From Utricularia gibba (Eukaryota > Plantae > Magnoliophyta), in the NCBI GenBank assembly GCA_002189035.1, contig NEEC01000014.1, positions 2,418,001 to 2,482,000 on the forward strand: a DNA stretch of 64,000 nt, in the 5' to 3' direction. How positions within the stretch are numbered: the stretch's first letter is position 1; every line of letters starts with the position of its first letter. Positions 48,389 to 61,024 of the stretch are shown here, in pieces. Below the pieces are notes generated by a model. It had not been told where the DNA came from, did not search any database, and saw only the letters and a program-made list of their open reading frames with translations. A program made the position numbers and the translations under genes.

Positions 48389-51300
48389 CTATCCGAGTTT
48401 TCCGAGTTCTAGCTTCTTGCGCAATGCCCTTTGGCCATGGTACACGAATGCATCCACTATTCCAGCCACCGTGAACATGCCTGCAAAGAGCAATGGAGTG
48501 GAGTAAGCATGTGCTTTTGGTAGTGCATTCAATGCGCAGACGTCAGTGTATTGTTCTACAGTACCTCCCACTATGGCACAGACATGCGTTAGGAAATGCA
48601 GGAAAGGCGTGTGCGTCTCCGTGTATGTCACCTGCAATCATTATTGTAAAACCATGTCTCCTTGTATTTGCATCAAACTAAATGCTGAGTGCGTGTGGGT
48701 GGGTGGGTGTTGCATGAAAAGAAAAAGGAAATGATTAAGCCCAAATGAGCAGAGCTTTCTTCGATGTTTTATTTACATTGTGGTGGCACGAACCTGTATT
48801 GGAGAAAAGTCGTAAAAGAAGTAAACCCCAGCAGACGATTGGAAATGATCCTCTTCGGGACTTTTGTAGTGTTCGGTCACTGAGAACTGCACGGCTCATA
48901 GAGTCTTAGAAGAAAAACAAAAACCGAAAAACTTACGGCAACTATAATGCATTCTGTTGCAGTACCTGATTAGACTTCACATTGTGGCCTCGGATGTCGG
49001 TGTATTTGGTTGGAACAACCTTCAGAAACCACGCATAAAGCATTATATCAGATGAAATGATGATGTTGAATGAGCTTTACTAAACAACATATGAATAGCA
49101 TGGAAATGTGCAAGCCAATTATACTAACCTTGATGAAGTATTGGTAGACACCATTAGGCTTCTCTTGAACCCAGTGCACGCTGAAGCAGGTTATGAGGTC
49201 TTAGAATATATACGAACATGAAGCAAAATAGCAGAACGGAAAAAGAGAGAGTGAGAGAACAGCATTCTAATCCTTTCTTATTTGGATCCAACACAATTAT
49301 GTTATATTTGCTCAACATGAAAAAATTTGGAGAAAAATGGAAAAATTTTGCTATCTGAAAATAGTCGAATCCTACAACCATTTCCCTATCAGGACTAGGC
49401 CCAGGCAATCAAGAAGACAACTTACCCATCTAGTGGATTTACGATTCCAGGAATGTAGTCTCCAAAAGAAAGTGTGTTAATGCTGTGGGTTATCTACATA
49501 AAACATGAAAAAAACCAATAATATGTTAGGTCAGAGATCAGACGTTCAGGACACGTAAAAAGTAGGACTTGAAAAGAAAAGCAAAAGTTAATGGCGGCAG
49601 TTCAAGGGTAAATACTTACGTTGTAACTCTGAACATGAGCCATTAATTCTTGAGGCAATGCGCCAGGATTCTGTAAGCTTTTACCAATGGCAAGATGAAA
49701 ATTCCCAGCCACTTTGTTCACCTCCAGAGATCCGTGAATGTTACATCCTTCACCTTTTTCTTCTTTCAACTTTTGCACAAAATCTTCCCTTTTGCACTAA
49801 GCACATCAATGAAACACGGTTAACCAAATATTAAAGGAACACAAATTCCTTAAACAGATGTAGCTGGAAGTCCAGCCGTCCATGAAAAGCAAACCAAAGG
49901 AAAAAAATAATGGAAAAATTGATCAAAATGAACATAATGAGAAAAATTGATCAAATTGACACAACAGATCTGTGACATTTGGCATGAAACCTCATGAGAA
50001 CAAACGAGATGAATATCTACATAAAAAAGGGAAGTTTTATGCCTCTTTACCAGGGTCCTTTATACTCATTATGACAAAGAGAGAACACCATGAATAAAGC
50101 ACCTGATCAATTAACTCATCTGACAAACCCCATCCTTTCTTTCGATATGCTTCACGAACCTCTTCACATGAATTGCAGCATTGGTCATCACTCTGAAAAA
50201 GAGTTACAGAAAAGCTGATCAGTGGAAGATGATACAGAATACAAGAAACAGTAAGTGTGGCAAGTGACGCAGGCCAAACATGAAAATTGAAAAGAAACGC
50301 AAATTTCATCATCAATAGTTCGAGCCTATTAGAACATAAAATGCATAAAAGAGAAGATATACCATCTCTGCACCAAAACATGTCCCACAGTACTTCTCAT
50401 TGTGTTCAAGCCTACCTCCATGCTTCTGCAATGGCCTCCCAATCTGAAGTAAACATTAAAAAATAGAATTTTTGAATACAGAAATCTACAAACAAATTCA
50501 AGTTTTGCGTGAGGCAAATATCTATATGCACAATTAGTAGCAATATCAGGTATGAATTATAGAAATATACAAACGGAAGCATAGAAAATCATTTTTAATT
50601 TCACATAATGGTCAAGATAAATGAAGTAAATGTGTGGTCAAAACATTGAAGGACATGTCAACAGAGGCAAGACTATGACACTTATACCTACCTCAGGTGC
50701 ACCAATCCCATCTCGCCTTACTTCTTTCACATTACCATACGCATCAATTCTCTCCTTGAGTATGTCATGTTTCTGCAAATTAATGTCATGATTTCACATT
50801 ATAAACGGAAATTTCTTTGAGGCAACGGTATTCTTTTTGTGCCAAATCAGCACTGTATGCTGCATACGGAGGTTTACAACAAGTAAGAGCATCATACTAT
50901 GTTCATATGGCGCTCGCCACTTATATCCGTAGCATCAAGACTAAGCAGTGTACATGGAACATCAGGAAAGGTGACATTAAACTGCATAAAAAGAATTTAG
51001 ATATTTATTCATTCAAAAACTGAAACAGAGATGATGCAGATAGAAGTACTTTGATTTAAAAACAAAGTATTAGGGAAAAGACTAGAGTAGTACATTTATA
51101 CGAAATTTTTCTCCCCGGGATGTATCTACTACAAGCTTCGTCTCCGTAACTGTGCTTAGGTATAAACCTGCAATTTGAAGGAAAATAAAAACCATTTAAA
51201 TTTTGTCACCGTCTGGAAAACGGTAAGAAGAAGAATTAACAGGAAGCTACGCAATCACAAAAATATAAATTCTTGATCTTGCGAGATCGCCTGGAAACAT

Positions 51301-51496
51301 TTTGCCAATGCAGAGAAGGTACGGCAAGAGAAGAAAAAGGCTGAACCAACTTACTAAACTCCGAAATGACGAGCAAAGCAATAGCAAGAGAGGAAACGAG
51401 GGTGATAACTCCGCCGGATAAGGTGCGGCTGTAGAAATCCTCATTAACCTTGGGGTACACGTCCAAATTCCGCACCTTGCCAAAAACTCTCTCCAT
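48389..51496 (-). CDS. ERGIC3: ER-Golgi intermediate compartment protein 3 (Erv46-like), 13 exons, intact
   Basis: MERVFGKVRNLDVYPKVNEDFYSRTLSGG; CTLLSLDATDISGE; YCGTCFGAE; CCNSCEEVREAYRKKGW; GCNIHGSLEVNKVAGNFH; GVYFFYDFSPIQ; C-terminal KKLELGKLG*. All joined in frame by hand. Confidence 0.96.
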
Positions 51497-52589
51497 GGAT
51501 GACAGGAAGAAACGGCAGGGATCTCCAACCCCGAAACAATCGGTCAAAAGTAGACGACCCTTGGAAACGGAAACGCCGGACGGAGAGAGGGTTTGACTTG
51601 AAACCGAAGGAATTTGGGCTACCTACCTACCCCCTGAATTCGCTCCCCCTCAGCCTTCTATTCTACAAACGGTAAAGGGCAAAAGACAACGCCTCGGTTA
51701 TTAATATATTTATTATGTTCCAAAATGCGGTCTTCGGCTCATTTGGGGGAATTAATTGCCGACATTGGATTTACAGGTACGACCAGATTAGACAAGCCGT
51801 TATTTCTTAGGTATGCATTTCTTGAATAAAAAAAATTAGAACGTTGAACAAGACGTGTGTTAATCAAATGAGTCCGATCTCAACAATAAAATAGATAGTT
51901 GAATAACGCAAGCTATAATATTTTAATGAGTCATCTACAACTTAAAAAAAAGTTCAATTATACTTTTCTTTTATTCTAATCTCTCGTCAACTAAACACTT
52001 GTCAATTGGTGAAACACTAAAGTTGAATTAATCAAGGCTTAATACAATTCCGTGTCATATTTATTTGAGCTACAAAACGTGTAGTTCAACATCAGGCATT
52101 GGACACGACTCGGTCCGCGACGAGGGATTAGGACCCCACCGAAACTTCTGGATGAATGTGCAAGTCGGAATGAATACCACAGCAACAAGATCAAAAACTC
52201 TTCTCATGTGTTTTCCAGGTGGCATTTTCAAAATAATACAACACTCATCTTTTTTTTTTCTAGTTGTTCGCTTCTCTATAGTAAGCCACCAGAGAAGTTG
52301 TTCAATGGATGCCACTTGAAATCACATGTTGCAGTGGCCAATGGAGATATCATCTTCAACAAATTCAATTTTTTTACATGCTCCAAAATATCCACAACAT
52401 GAATGCCAGAAATCAGTGTAAATGGGCGGTGAAGATTATTGGGTTATCTAAACTGACATATCAATGCAAGCATAGAATACAGATTAAAGAAATGGCATTT
52501 GATGGAAAATTGCAAAAAAAACTCAGCAAAACAAAATTAGGTCTAGTAGTGCGTATTACCTATGGCATTGAATTGCGCCACAGACCACA

Positions 52590-55500
52590 CTACTGGTAGG
52601 CAGCAAGTTCTTTCTTTACTCGCAAGAGTTCAGAGGCATAGAAAGCTAACTGGTTTTTGAGTTTGGAAGAAGCGACATCATATTTTTGGTGGATCATGTC
52701 GACTTCATCAAGGCATTCGTTGAATCGGTGACGAAGGCTTTCCAGCTTCAGACTAGTTGCTCGGAGCCTCATTCTTAGCTTAGCCTTTTCCTTGGAACCC
52801 TGCTTAAAGACACATGGATCATGTACAAATTCAGATTTCCGTTCAACTGCAGCTACTATCAAATGGAATCATACCATTCGCCCATCATATTCTGTCCTGG
52901 CAGGTCTGTGCAGAAGATGGCATGCAGGAGGAGGAGGCATGGTGCTCGGGTGGCAGGAAGAGCTGAGATGGATAAAGATTTAGGTTCGTTACATCTGAGA
53001 GCACGAATGAGATTCTGAAAATGCTAACCTTCAGTTCAGTCAACTATAAGCAACACGCATCACATTATATATACTATGAAGTAAACTTTTTAACTCGAGA
53101 GGCTCCTTAGAGACTGCAGTGGGAAACTGACCTGCACTGATCCTTCTTACTGCTTCCTACAGATGCCTCGTAATCCATGCACTTTCTTTTACAAATCTCA
53201 AGTTCGCTCCTCACCTACAAGCATCATTAAACCCAACAATTAAAAAGTTATCTACCAATGAAAAAGAGGGGGAAAAAGTAAGCTGGGAGAACTCAACGAC
53301 TTGGGAGGAATATTTGATAAATTCTATTATGGTGTGGACTACCGAATGCTGGAAACTTATATCAATGTGATGGCAGAGGAAAATGTTGATCGATGTGGTC
53401 ATCAAATAAATTTTGGAAAATTTTTTTTAGCCTGGTCTCAGATTACCTCTGACAATTGCTTCGAAAATGATGCAATTTCAGAAGCATGCTTGCTTTCAAT
53501 TTGTCTGATCATCGCCATTCTGTCCTCTGATAAATCTTCTTTTTCTTTTGATGAAGTTCTAAGAGAACCTCCCATTCCCTGCATTTAAAAGGCAACGAAA
53601 ATTTTGCTTAATGACCAATAGCAAATGGGTTTTATCAAACTTGCATCCAAGTTGGGTCGCTGCAGCTCCTGCGACATTACAGGCAAATTAACTTCAACAT
53701 TTTCAGATACAGAAATCATCAAGTTTTCATTTGCATTTGCTGCTGCTACATGATATTTTAAAGATCCAGTTGTTCTGTCCTGAAAAGCAAGCACTTTGGG
53801 CTTTTTGTATTCCTGAACTTGATGATGAACACATAGCACACAGCAGTAGAAAGCTTATCACAAACTATGCACATCAATGAAGGGAATCAACACTTCTTGG
53901 AAGTTTGGTATCCCTCTTTTGTCGTTAACTATAGAAGATGATAGAATGTATTCACAGTTTCCAGATGGGTTAAACACAAGATCCTATTCTAGCTTGAGAA
54001 AGGGCAACTAGACAGAATGAATGATCAATGGTATGTCGCATGAGTGAATAGGAGGCTTATGGAAATGGCATCTATGCATGTAAACTGATAAGTAAATGAC
54101 CTCTAGCTCATCCAAACTTGTGAATTCTACCAACCATTGATTCCGATTCGGCCATAGGTTCAGGCACAACCTTTAGTTTTGCGGAGTCCTTAATTCCTCT
54201 CTTTGAAGGTGAATTCTAAAACTAGCCGTGAAAACCAATCATCATTCTTTTCTAGATTAAAATCGCAATAAAAAAATCATAGAAACCTTAAACATTGTTT
54301 TCTCGGGCTTCAATCCACTGTCTTTTAACTTCACTTTCGTTTCCTCTATATCCCTCTTCATGCGCACTGTTTCATTGGTCAAGGAGAAAGATGACAATGA
54401 TAAAAGTTCTTGTTGTGATTCAAACTTTTTGGTGTCATTATTCTCAGGAAGCTCCTGGAAAAAGATGCAATGGACATTGGAAAACAAGACCTAAGAGCAT
54501 ATAAAACACTAAGAGAGGGTAGGGCTTCACCTTGAATGCATCAGGAGTATCCTGATGTTCTGAGCATAATTCTTGAATTCTGCTCTGGAGCTCCACAACG
54601 TGATCTTCAAGATCATGCTAATCCCAGAATAAGGAAAGCAAAGAGAAAAAACCGAAAAACAAGGAGGATCAATGAGTGTGTAGTTACAGCATACAAAAAC
54701 ATCCACGAGGATTCTGTACCTTTTCACCCACAAGCTCACTAACTTTTTTTCTTAAGCAAGATTGCACCTTCTCATGACTCCTAATTATTGAATCTATTTG
54801 ATATGAGCAATGGGATGAAGAATCCCTAAAGTCCTGCACACGGAGCAATTTTTTTTTTTCACAAAAAATGATGCAGAAATGAACCATAAACTTTTCATTT
54901 TCATAAGAGAAGCTCCCTATCAACTGAGACAAATTGAAAATGCATTATGTAGCAATAAATAAACTGATAACAAACGACATTGAAGAACACTAACAATTAT
55001 TAAGTTTGGCACAGCTGATGAGAGATGGGAAACTTCATCCACAATCGAAAAGAGAGAAGCAATAAGATGACTTGACTTTTCAAACTCCTGCTTCATCTCT
55101 TGAACCTCTGACTGTAGATTAATCAACCACCTAAATTCTTCCTGAAGATGTTAAACCATTTTTAACATGTCTATACCTTCTTTGCAATAAAGTAAATATG
55201 AGGGACATAAACCATACGAAGAATCATTTGACACATAAGATTAATGCTCCAGAACCATGTAAACTTCCAAAGGCTCTTTTCGTGTGAACGTTATTCTCTT
55301 TTGGAAATGGCACCACAAATTTTCAACCTCATTACAATTTACAACAGTATAACAAAAAATAGCCAACAACTGGAGGGACACAACTACTAGTTAGTAAAAG
55401 AACTCAAATGACAGAAGATATAAAATGGATTACTTCTAAGGGTCGCAACCCAAAAAATACCTTTTCCTGCTTCATCTCTGCGGGTGTAATAGGTTCAGTT

Positions 55501-58500
55501 GTAAGGCCATGTATCGTGTTCAGTTTTTGCTGACTTGATGACTATAAATCAGAGGCACATAAATCATGCAGAATAAAAAAATCACCATTGTGTTTGGAGG
55601 AAGAGGGCAACTTGCACCCTAGAAATCAATACAAGCTTAATAATACCACATAACCTAACAGAAATTCCAAGAAAATTATATGAATGAAATGTACCTCCAA
55701 ATCATGACAAAAAAATGTCAGACTTGCACTGTTAACATGCTGGCTAGGCTCGTAATTAAAATTCAAGTACTGTGTATCAATGAAGTGAATCCATGACCAC
55801 TTCACATACTAGCATATTCATGGTGTAGTGAAAAAAAAAAAAAACTCAAATGCAGTAACCTTTTCATGAGGCCATTTAATCAGAAAAATATGATCTGTGT
55901 CGCTAAATCTTACATTTCCATCACAATTAAAAGAGCACTCTGAAGGTTTTTGATCTCCATGATCATACTCAGAGAGCTTCCTTGTCAAGTACTCGTTTCT
56001 GATATCACTAACAATCCTCTGTAGAAAGAAATATGAGCTAATGATCTAAGTAATAAATACTGCTAGAGAAGAAAGAAGATAGAAACTAACGTGGGTTTCA
56101 AACTCCAAGAGCAAATTTTCATATGCCACATGCATTTGATCACACTCATCATTCTGCAAAAAAAAAAAAAAGTCTGAAAACTGAAGTATGAAATGTACTA
56201 GGCATACTACAAGGAATATTCCAAACCAGAGATAGTTTTCTTTTTCTATTTGGATCTTTTCTCCGGCTAGTAACATTCACAAGAGCATGTCGATCGGGGA
56301 GAATACAATCTCCAGCATTGTCTCTTCTGTCGTTATCTAAATAAGAACAATCAGATCTGTTTGCTTTAATGCAGTCTTCAAACGAAAGAAGTGGCGCACA
56401 AGAGTCATCTTCGCTGGTTGATTTTAATTCAGAATTTCCAAAGTTGGTAGCAGACAACTAGAGAAAAAGAGACAAGTGATGCAAAAGAGTTATTAGAAAG
56501 TGAAACCTCAGATAACACATTAGATGTTATTAAATGTTGAGCAATGTAAGCCATTCTAGCTTGATGAAGGAAAATTTCACTTAGAACTGAAATTTTACTT
56601 TCCATTTTGTTTAAGAATTGTAGGAAGTGTCGAAAAAACTATCACAAAAAGGACATTTGTTTTTGTGCCTGATGTATTCAAAGCAGTACCTCTTTAGAGG
56701 TCTTTCTTCCAAGATTTCTAGGGCACCAGGTGTAACGTCTTTTATCCTGCAAGAGAACTTCTGGAATGATGAGTTGAAGAGAAGAATCTAAACAAACTCT
56801 CTAATATAAATTCCAATGATTAATAAGTTCAAAATATAAGTAAAAGTTTCTAATTTTATATAAGCAAACGATAGTAAAGATATAAATTGCTGTAGCTGTA
56901 GTATCTATTTTATAACTATATTTTCATACATTATCATCAAATCCGTTAAATATCTTCAATATTTCATTTGAGGAATATCAAATTTCTGCTTGCAGTTTAT
57001 TACCTCAAAAAAGGTTCAAGTGCAGTTGACTTTGAAGGCTATGAAAGTTATACAGGTACACTTATCTAGAAGCACAAGAAAAATAGGAACCATATCAACA
57101 CTGAAGATTACCTCTGTATGACTGCGAGCAGACTCTTCTCTAGGGGCACAGAAGAACATAGCGCTCAAGTTTTCAATTTTCTTCTCCTGCTCTTGCAATC
57201 TCCTTTCTTTTTCAGCCTGAGCTCGCTTCTCCTCCTCAAGCTCTAACGCTATTCTCTCTCTCTCTGACTCACTCTGGATGTTGAATTTAGGAGGGAAACA
57301 AGAGTCTATTATAATGTATGGACTTTTAGTAAGTAATTGCACACGCATTTATACCTTTAGCAATGTGTTACGAAGGTTCAAGATTTCTTCTTCAAGATTA
57401 TCTGACCGCAATCCCTTGAAGTGATGCATCCAAGGGATTTAAACCTCATTCATCAAGGACTAGTTCGAATACAACACAGGTGTACTGCAAACCTGCAATT
57501 TCGCACGGAGCTCCTCAATTTCTTTCTTTTGCCGTTTCAGCAATGCAGCATCAGTCAGTATCTGTCAAAACCCTTACAAACTTTACAAGAAAATAGACTT
57601 AACAAAAATATCAGTAGAATTATATCAATCAGGGGCAAATTGATTCTCTTATGATAGAAAAAAAATATATTTAGGATTTAGCATTAAATGCATATGGAGC
57701 ATATGATTTATCATGGGTATATGAAAACATTCCAAAAGGCCTAAATATTATGGTCATGGAAACAAGATTAGCTCCATTAAAGTGGTTACAAGCTTTAGTA
57801 TTCGCATAGGAGGTGAATGACCGTAAATGATACATCCATAATTAATTACCTCATTCACATGGGCATAATTGGTCACACGCAATGCTCTGCTAGCAAACTG
57901 AAGACTACTTTTTGTTTCATCGGCATGAACCTACAGCCAAATAAGAAAGCATGCTCCCTCTCAAAAAAAGGAAAAGCATTATAGTTATTAATTAACAGGC
58001 CAGAAAATACGTTATAACCTGCATGTTAAAACCTATATAGTGAACAATGGCTTTTATATGTTAGTGGGAGCGTACTGTTTGGTTAGTTATACGTCAGAGT
58101 ATTTGCATATCCAAAAATGCACCATCAAAACAGGTGACTCATCAAACAAATATACAATTCCCAACTTCAATGATTCACCTGCGCAAGTGTAATATTGCAT
58201 ATGATAGCTGTGTTTGAATTTCCACCCAAAGCTGGTTGCAAGATGCGCGTGAGTTTACTATCCCGGTATGGGACGTGCCCCCTAGGATAGAATCAAATGA
58301 AAAACATAAACACTCAAACGTTTCATTGAAGAAAACCAACTACAGGACCAACAAACCCTTGGCTTTCAGCGCCTTCGCTAAGTTTCTTTATCACTGTTCC
58401 TAAGGTCATCAAACTTTTGTTAATGTGTGACCCTTCTTTCAAGCGAACACCTTCTGCTCCAGTCTTTGAGGCGCGTTCTGATCCAGCAAGGTCAACTAAA

Positions 58501-60540
58501 TTCTATCAAAGTGAAAGAAAGAAGAAAAATCATAAGAAATTATATGAAAAAATAGTGATGCTTTTAACTATGTCAGCACAAGATTTTACAGGACTAAACC
58601 TCCAGATTGATAATCACTTAATGTACCAAACATGGGAAACAAAAATTCAGATTCTTCAACTTCTCAACTAAATTCTCATATACACATGCTTATCTACTAC
58701 TTCCTGCAGGAGAAACTTTCAAGCATGAAATGAGGCTGATTCCAGATCAAAACCATACCAGGACTGAAACCCGAACAGCATCAGATGCAAAGTCTGATCC
58801 AACATCAGTTCTCTCCCTGCTTTCAATTATCTATAAATGCATAACTTGAGACAACTTGTTGCTCAGGAGAAAAACGTGAAAGCAAATGCTAAACGTACCA
58901 TGCGGAATATTGTGTGCGACCTGCTACTATACAGATTCATATTTGTTTCACCAATATGCCGATGAGCTGGAAAGTTTAAATCACACCACTATATTCATAT
59001 TATATCACATGGAGTCAAACAATAAGTTGAGTGTCATAAGAACTTGTATGAACGTAATCCTTAGGTAGATATACCCGTTTACACTATATCTGGGATTGAA
59101 AAGGATATGGAAACAGTTTTGGTACATCAGAAACATACCTTCTCCAAATTCCATGAGTTGCAAAACTTGATTAGCAGAAACAACTATTTCTTCTCTTAGT
59201 CCAGCAACGTAGATCCCTCGCTTCAGATTGAATTGCACATTAATGTCATGTCCTTCTATCTTGCATTTACATTTTATTTTCAATAAATGCACATAACCAA
59301 TTACCTCAATACTTTCATGAATCTGAAGTCTTCTGTTTTCAGGGGCTAGCAAATCATTTACTTCCTCATTGTAAATCTCCATGTATGACATTCTCAATAG
59401 GAACTCTCGATCCACATCCTAGAAAACAGCATTGAATAGTCAACCAGAACAAAAAAAAATCACTTTGACAGAAAAAACATGTAGATATTTCATCAAATGA
59501 TCTTGATAATTATTTGAGACTCAAATCTATTGAAATTTTCTGTTCATAATCTAACAACAGATGCTCTGGGGGTCCATTTATTCTACAAACTGCTGTGATT
59601 TGCAGTTCCACACTGATCCACACTATAAATGAATTGGGGAGCAACACCCATATTGTGGAGAAAGAATGGTTAACTATTCAATGACTATGCCTTCTCACTA
59701 GTTGTCATGATATTAACTAAAATATGAGAATGATGACTCTCAACACAAACCATATAGCACAGGTATGGAACAAAAATGACTGAGGTTCATGATCAACCAT
59801 CAAAATGATTAGCAATCATCAAGGAGAAACTACTCTGTTGAAAAGAATCAATACCTGGTGTATGATGTTAAAGAGATCATGCACAGCAAGAGGAATAACT
59901 CCAGGATCAGAACATGTTCCACGCATAGTATAAGTTTTCCCGCTGCTGGTTTGTCCATATGCAAAAACAGTTCCTTACAAGAAAACAGAGTTTAATAAGT
60001 TGTTGCACCAACTTTAAAAAATGTAGAAAAAATTCAATCACTCCAAGTTCCAGTTCCATTGTTTACAGGAGACAAGAATCCATAAATTTTGCATGAAAGG
60101 CAGATTCCATGTGGTACCAGGAACCCAGTCCACACATGAATAAGTTAATTACAAAAAACAAATAACAAATATCTAAGGTTTTAGTAAGAAAACAAGAAAA
60201 CCGTGGACAATGAGTTGAACAACAAGGAAAACCGGAGTGAAAAGTGCACCATTAAAACCGGCAACCGCTGCGGCGACGATATCTCTGGTGCGCGCACGGT
60301 AGACGTCTTGAGTTGTAGAGTTTCCCCAGAAAACGCGATCTGCACATCGAAATCAAACAATAAATAAACAAAAAAAAATCTAGCGGTGTACGCAGACACG
60401 AAACAAAAATCCCTACCGAATTCGAACTTGGGGGTCTGGTTGGGCCAATGTATAGTATTTTCCGAAATTTGCCAGGGGCAGACCCTGGAGTCCTCGGCGG
60501 AGAGTGGGCGAGCTCTGACAGATACGTGTATCCTCTCCAT
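52590..60540 (-). CDS. KIN7O: Kinesin-7 (CENP-E-like), KIN-7O type
   Basis: [14 protein letters not shown]; P-loop GQTSSGKT; switch [11 protein letters not shown]; switch [12 protein letters not shown]; [20 protein letters not shown]; C-terminal [12 protein letters not shown]...KELAAYQ*. Motor-domain exons joined in frame; stalk exons only partly traced. Confidence 0.92.
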
Positions 60541-61024
60541 CAACTCAGGCTCAAAATGTGGCCGCCAGCGTAACTAGACCGAGTGAGTGGTGGCGGTTGG
60601 CGCGGGCGAGAGCGAAAAAGAGAAGAGAAGAGAGCCTAGTTTTCCCTCCAAAAATAACTCTCAAACAACACAAGACTGAAACTGACTGTTCTCCGCCATA
60701 TCAAATAGCGTCTAGTCTACGATAGATTCGGTTCCATCTGTTTTCATTGTTTATAGTTTAAAATAAAATATTAAAATACTTTATTCAAAGTATTATTAAT
60801 TAAATCTAATATTTCTTTGTTGGGCCCGATTCAAATACCTTATTGGGCCGAAAAAAGGTGTTACTTTACAGCTTGTTTAGGCATAGACCATGGGTTCTTC
60901 TCTTTCCAGCCCAGCCCGTTGAGTTTTCTCTTTTTCCCGCTAACGCTTCTGGTTTTTTCAATTTCGAGCAGCAGCGGCAAAATTCTCCTCAGTCCTCACT
61001 TGTCCTCGCTCAGCCAAGTCTGAA
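60541..61024. promoter_or_regulatory. Bidirectional promoter between kinesin-7 and CAP-D2 with cell-cycle motifs
   Basis: 484 nt between the divergent ATGs. TGGGCC site-II at 60821 and 60844; CCGTT (MSA core) at 60916-60920; TTTCCCGC (E2F) at 60933-60940; TTCAAA (CHR-like) at 60830-60835. Confidence 0.65.

Noticed and set aside
52070-52599. Cluster of 60-96-aa ORFs downstream of the kinesin stop
   Set aside because: No homology cues or consistent splice model; the region fits kinesin 3' UTR and ERGIC3 promoter.
46668-59589. Near-identical 20-21-mer GGGTCCATTT(T)ATTCTACAAA at 46668 and 59570
   Set aside because: Short, AT-rich, contains an indel and has no flanking similarity; compatible with chance in 64 kb.
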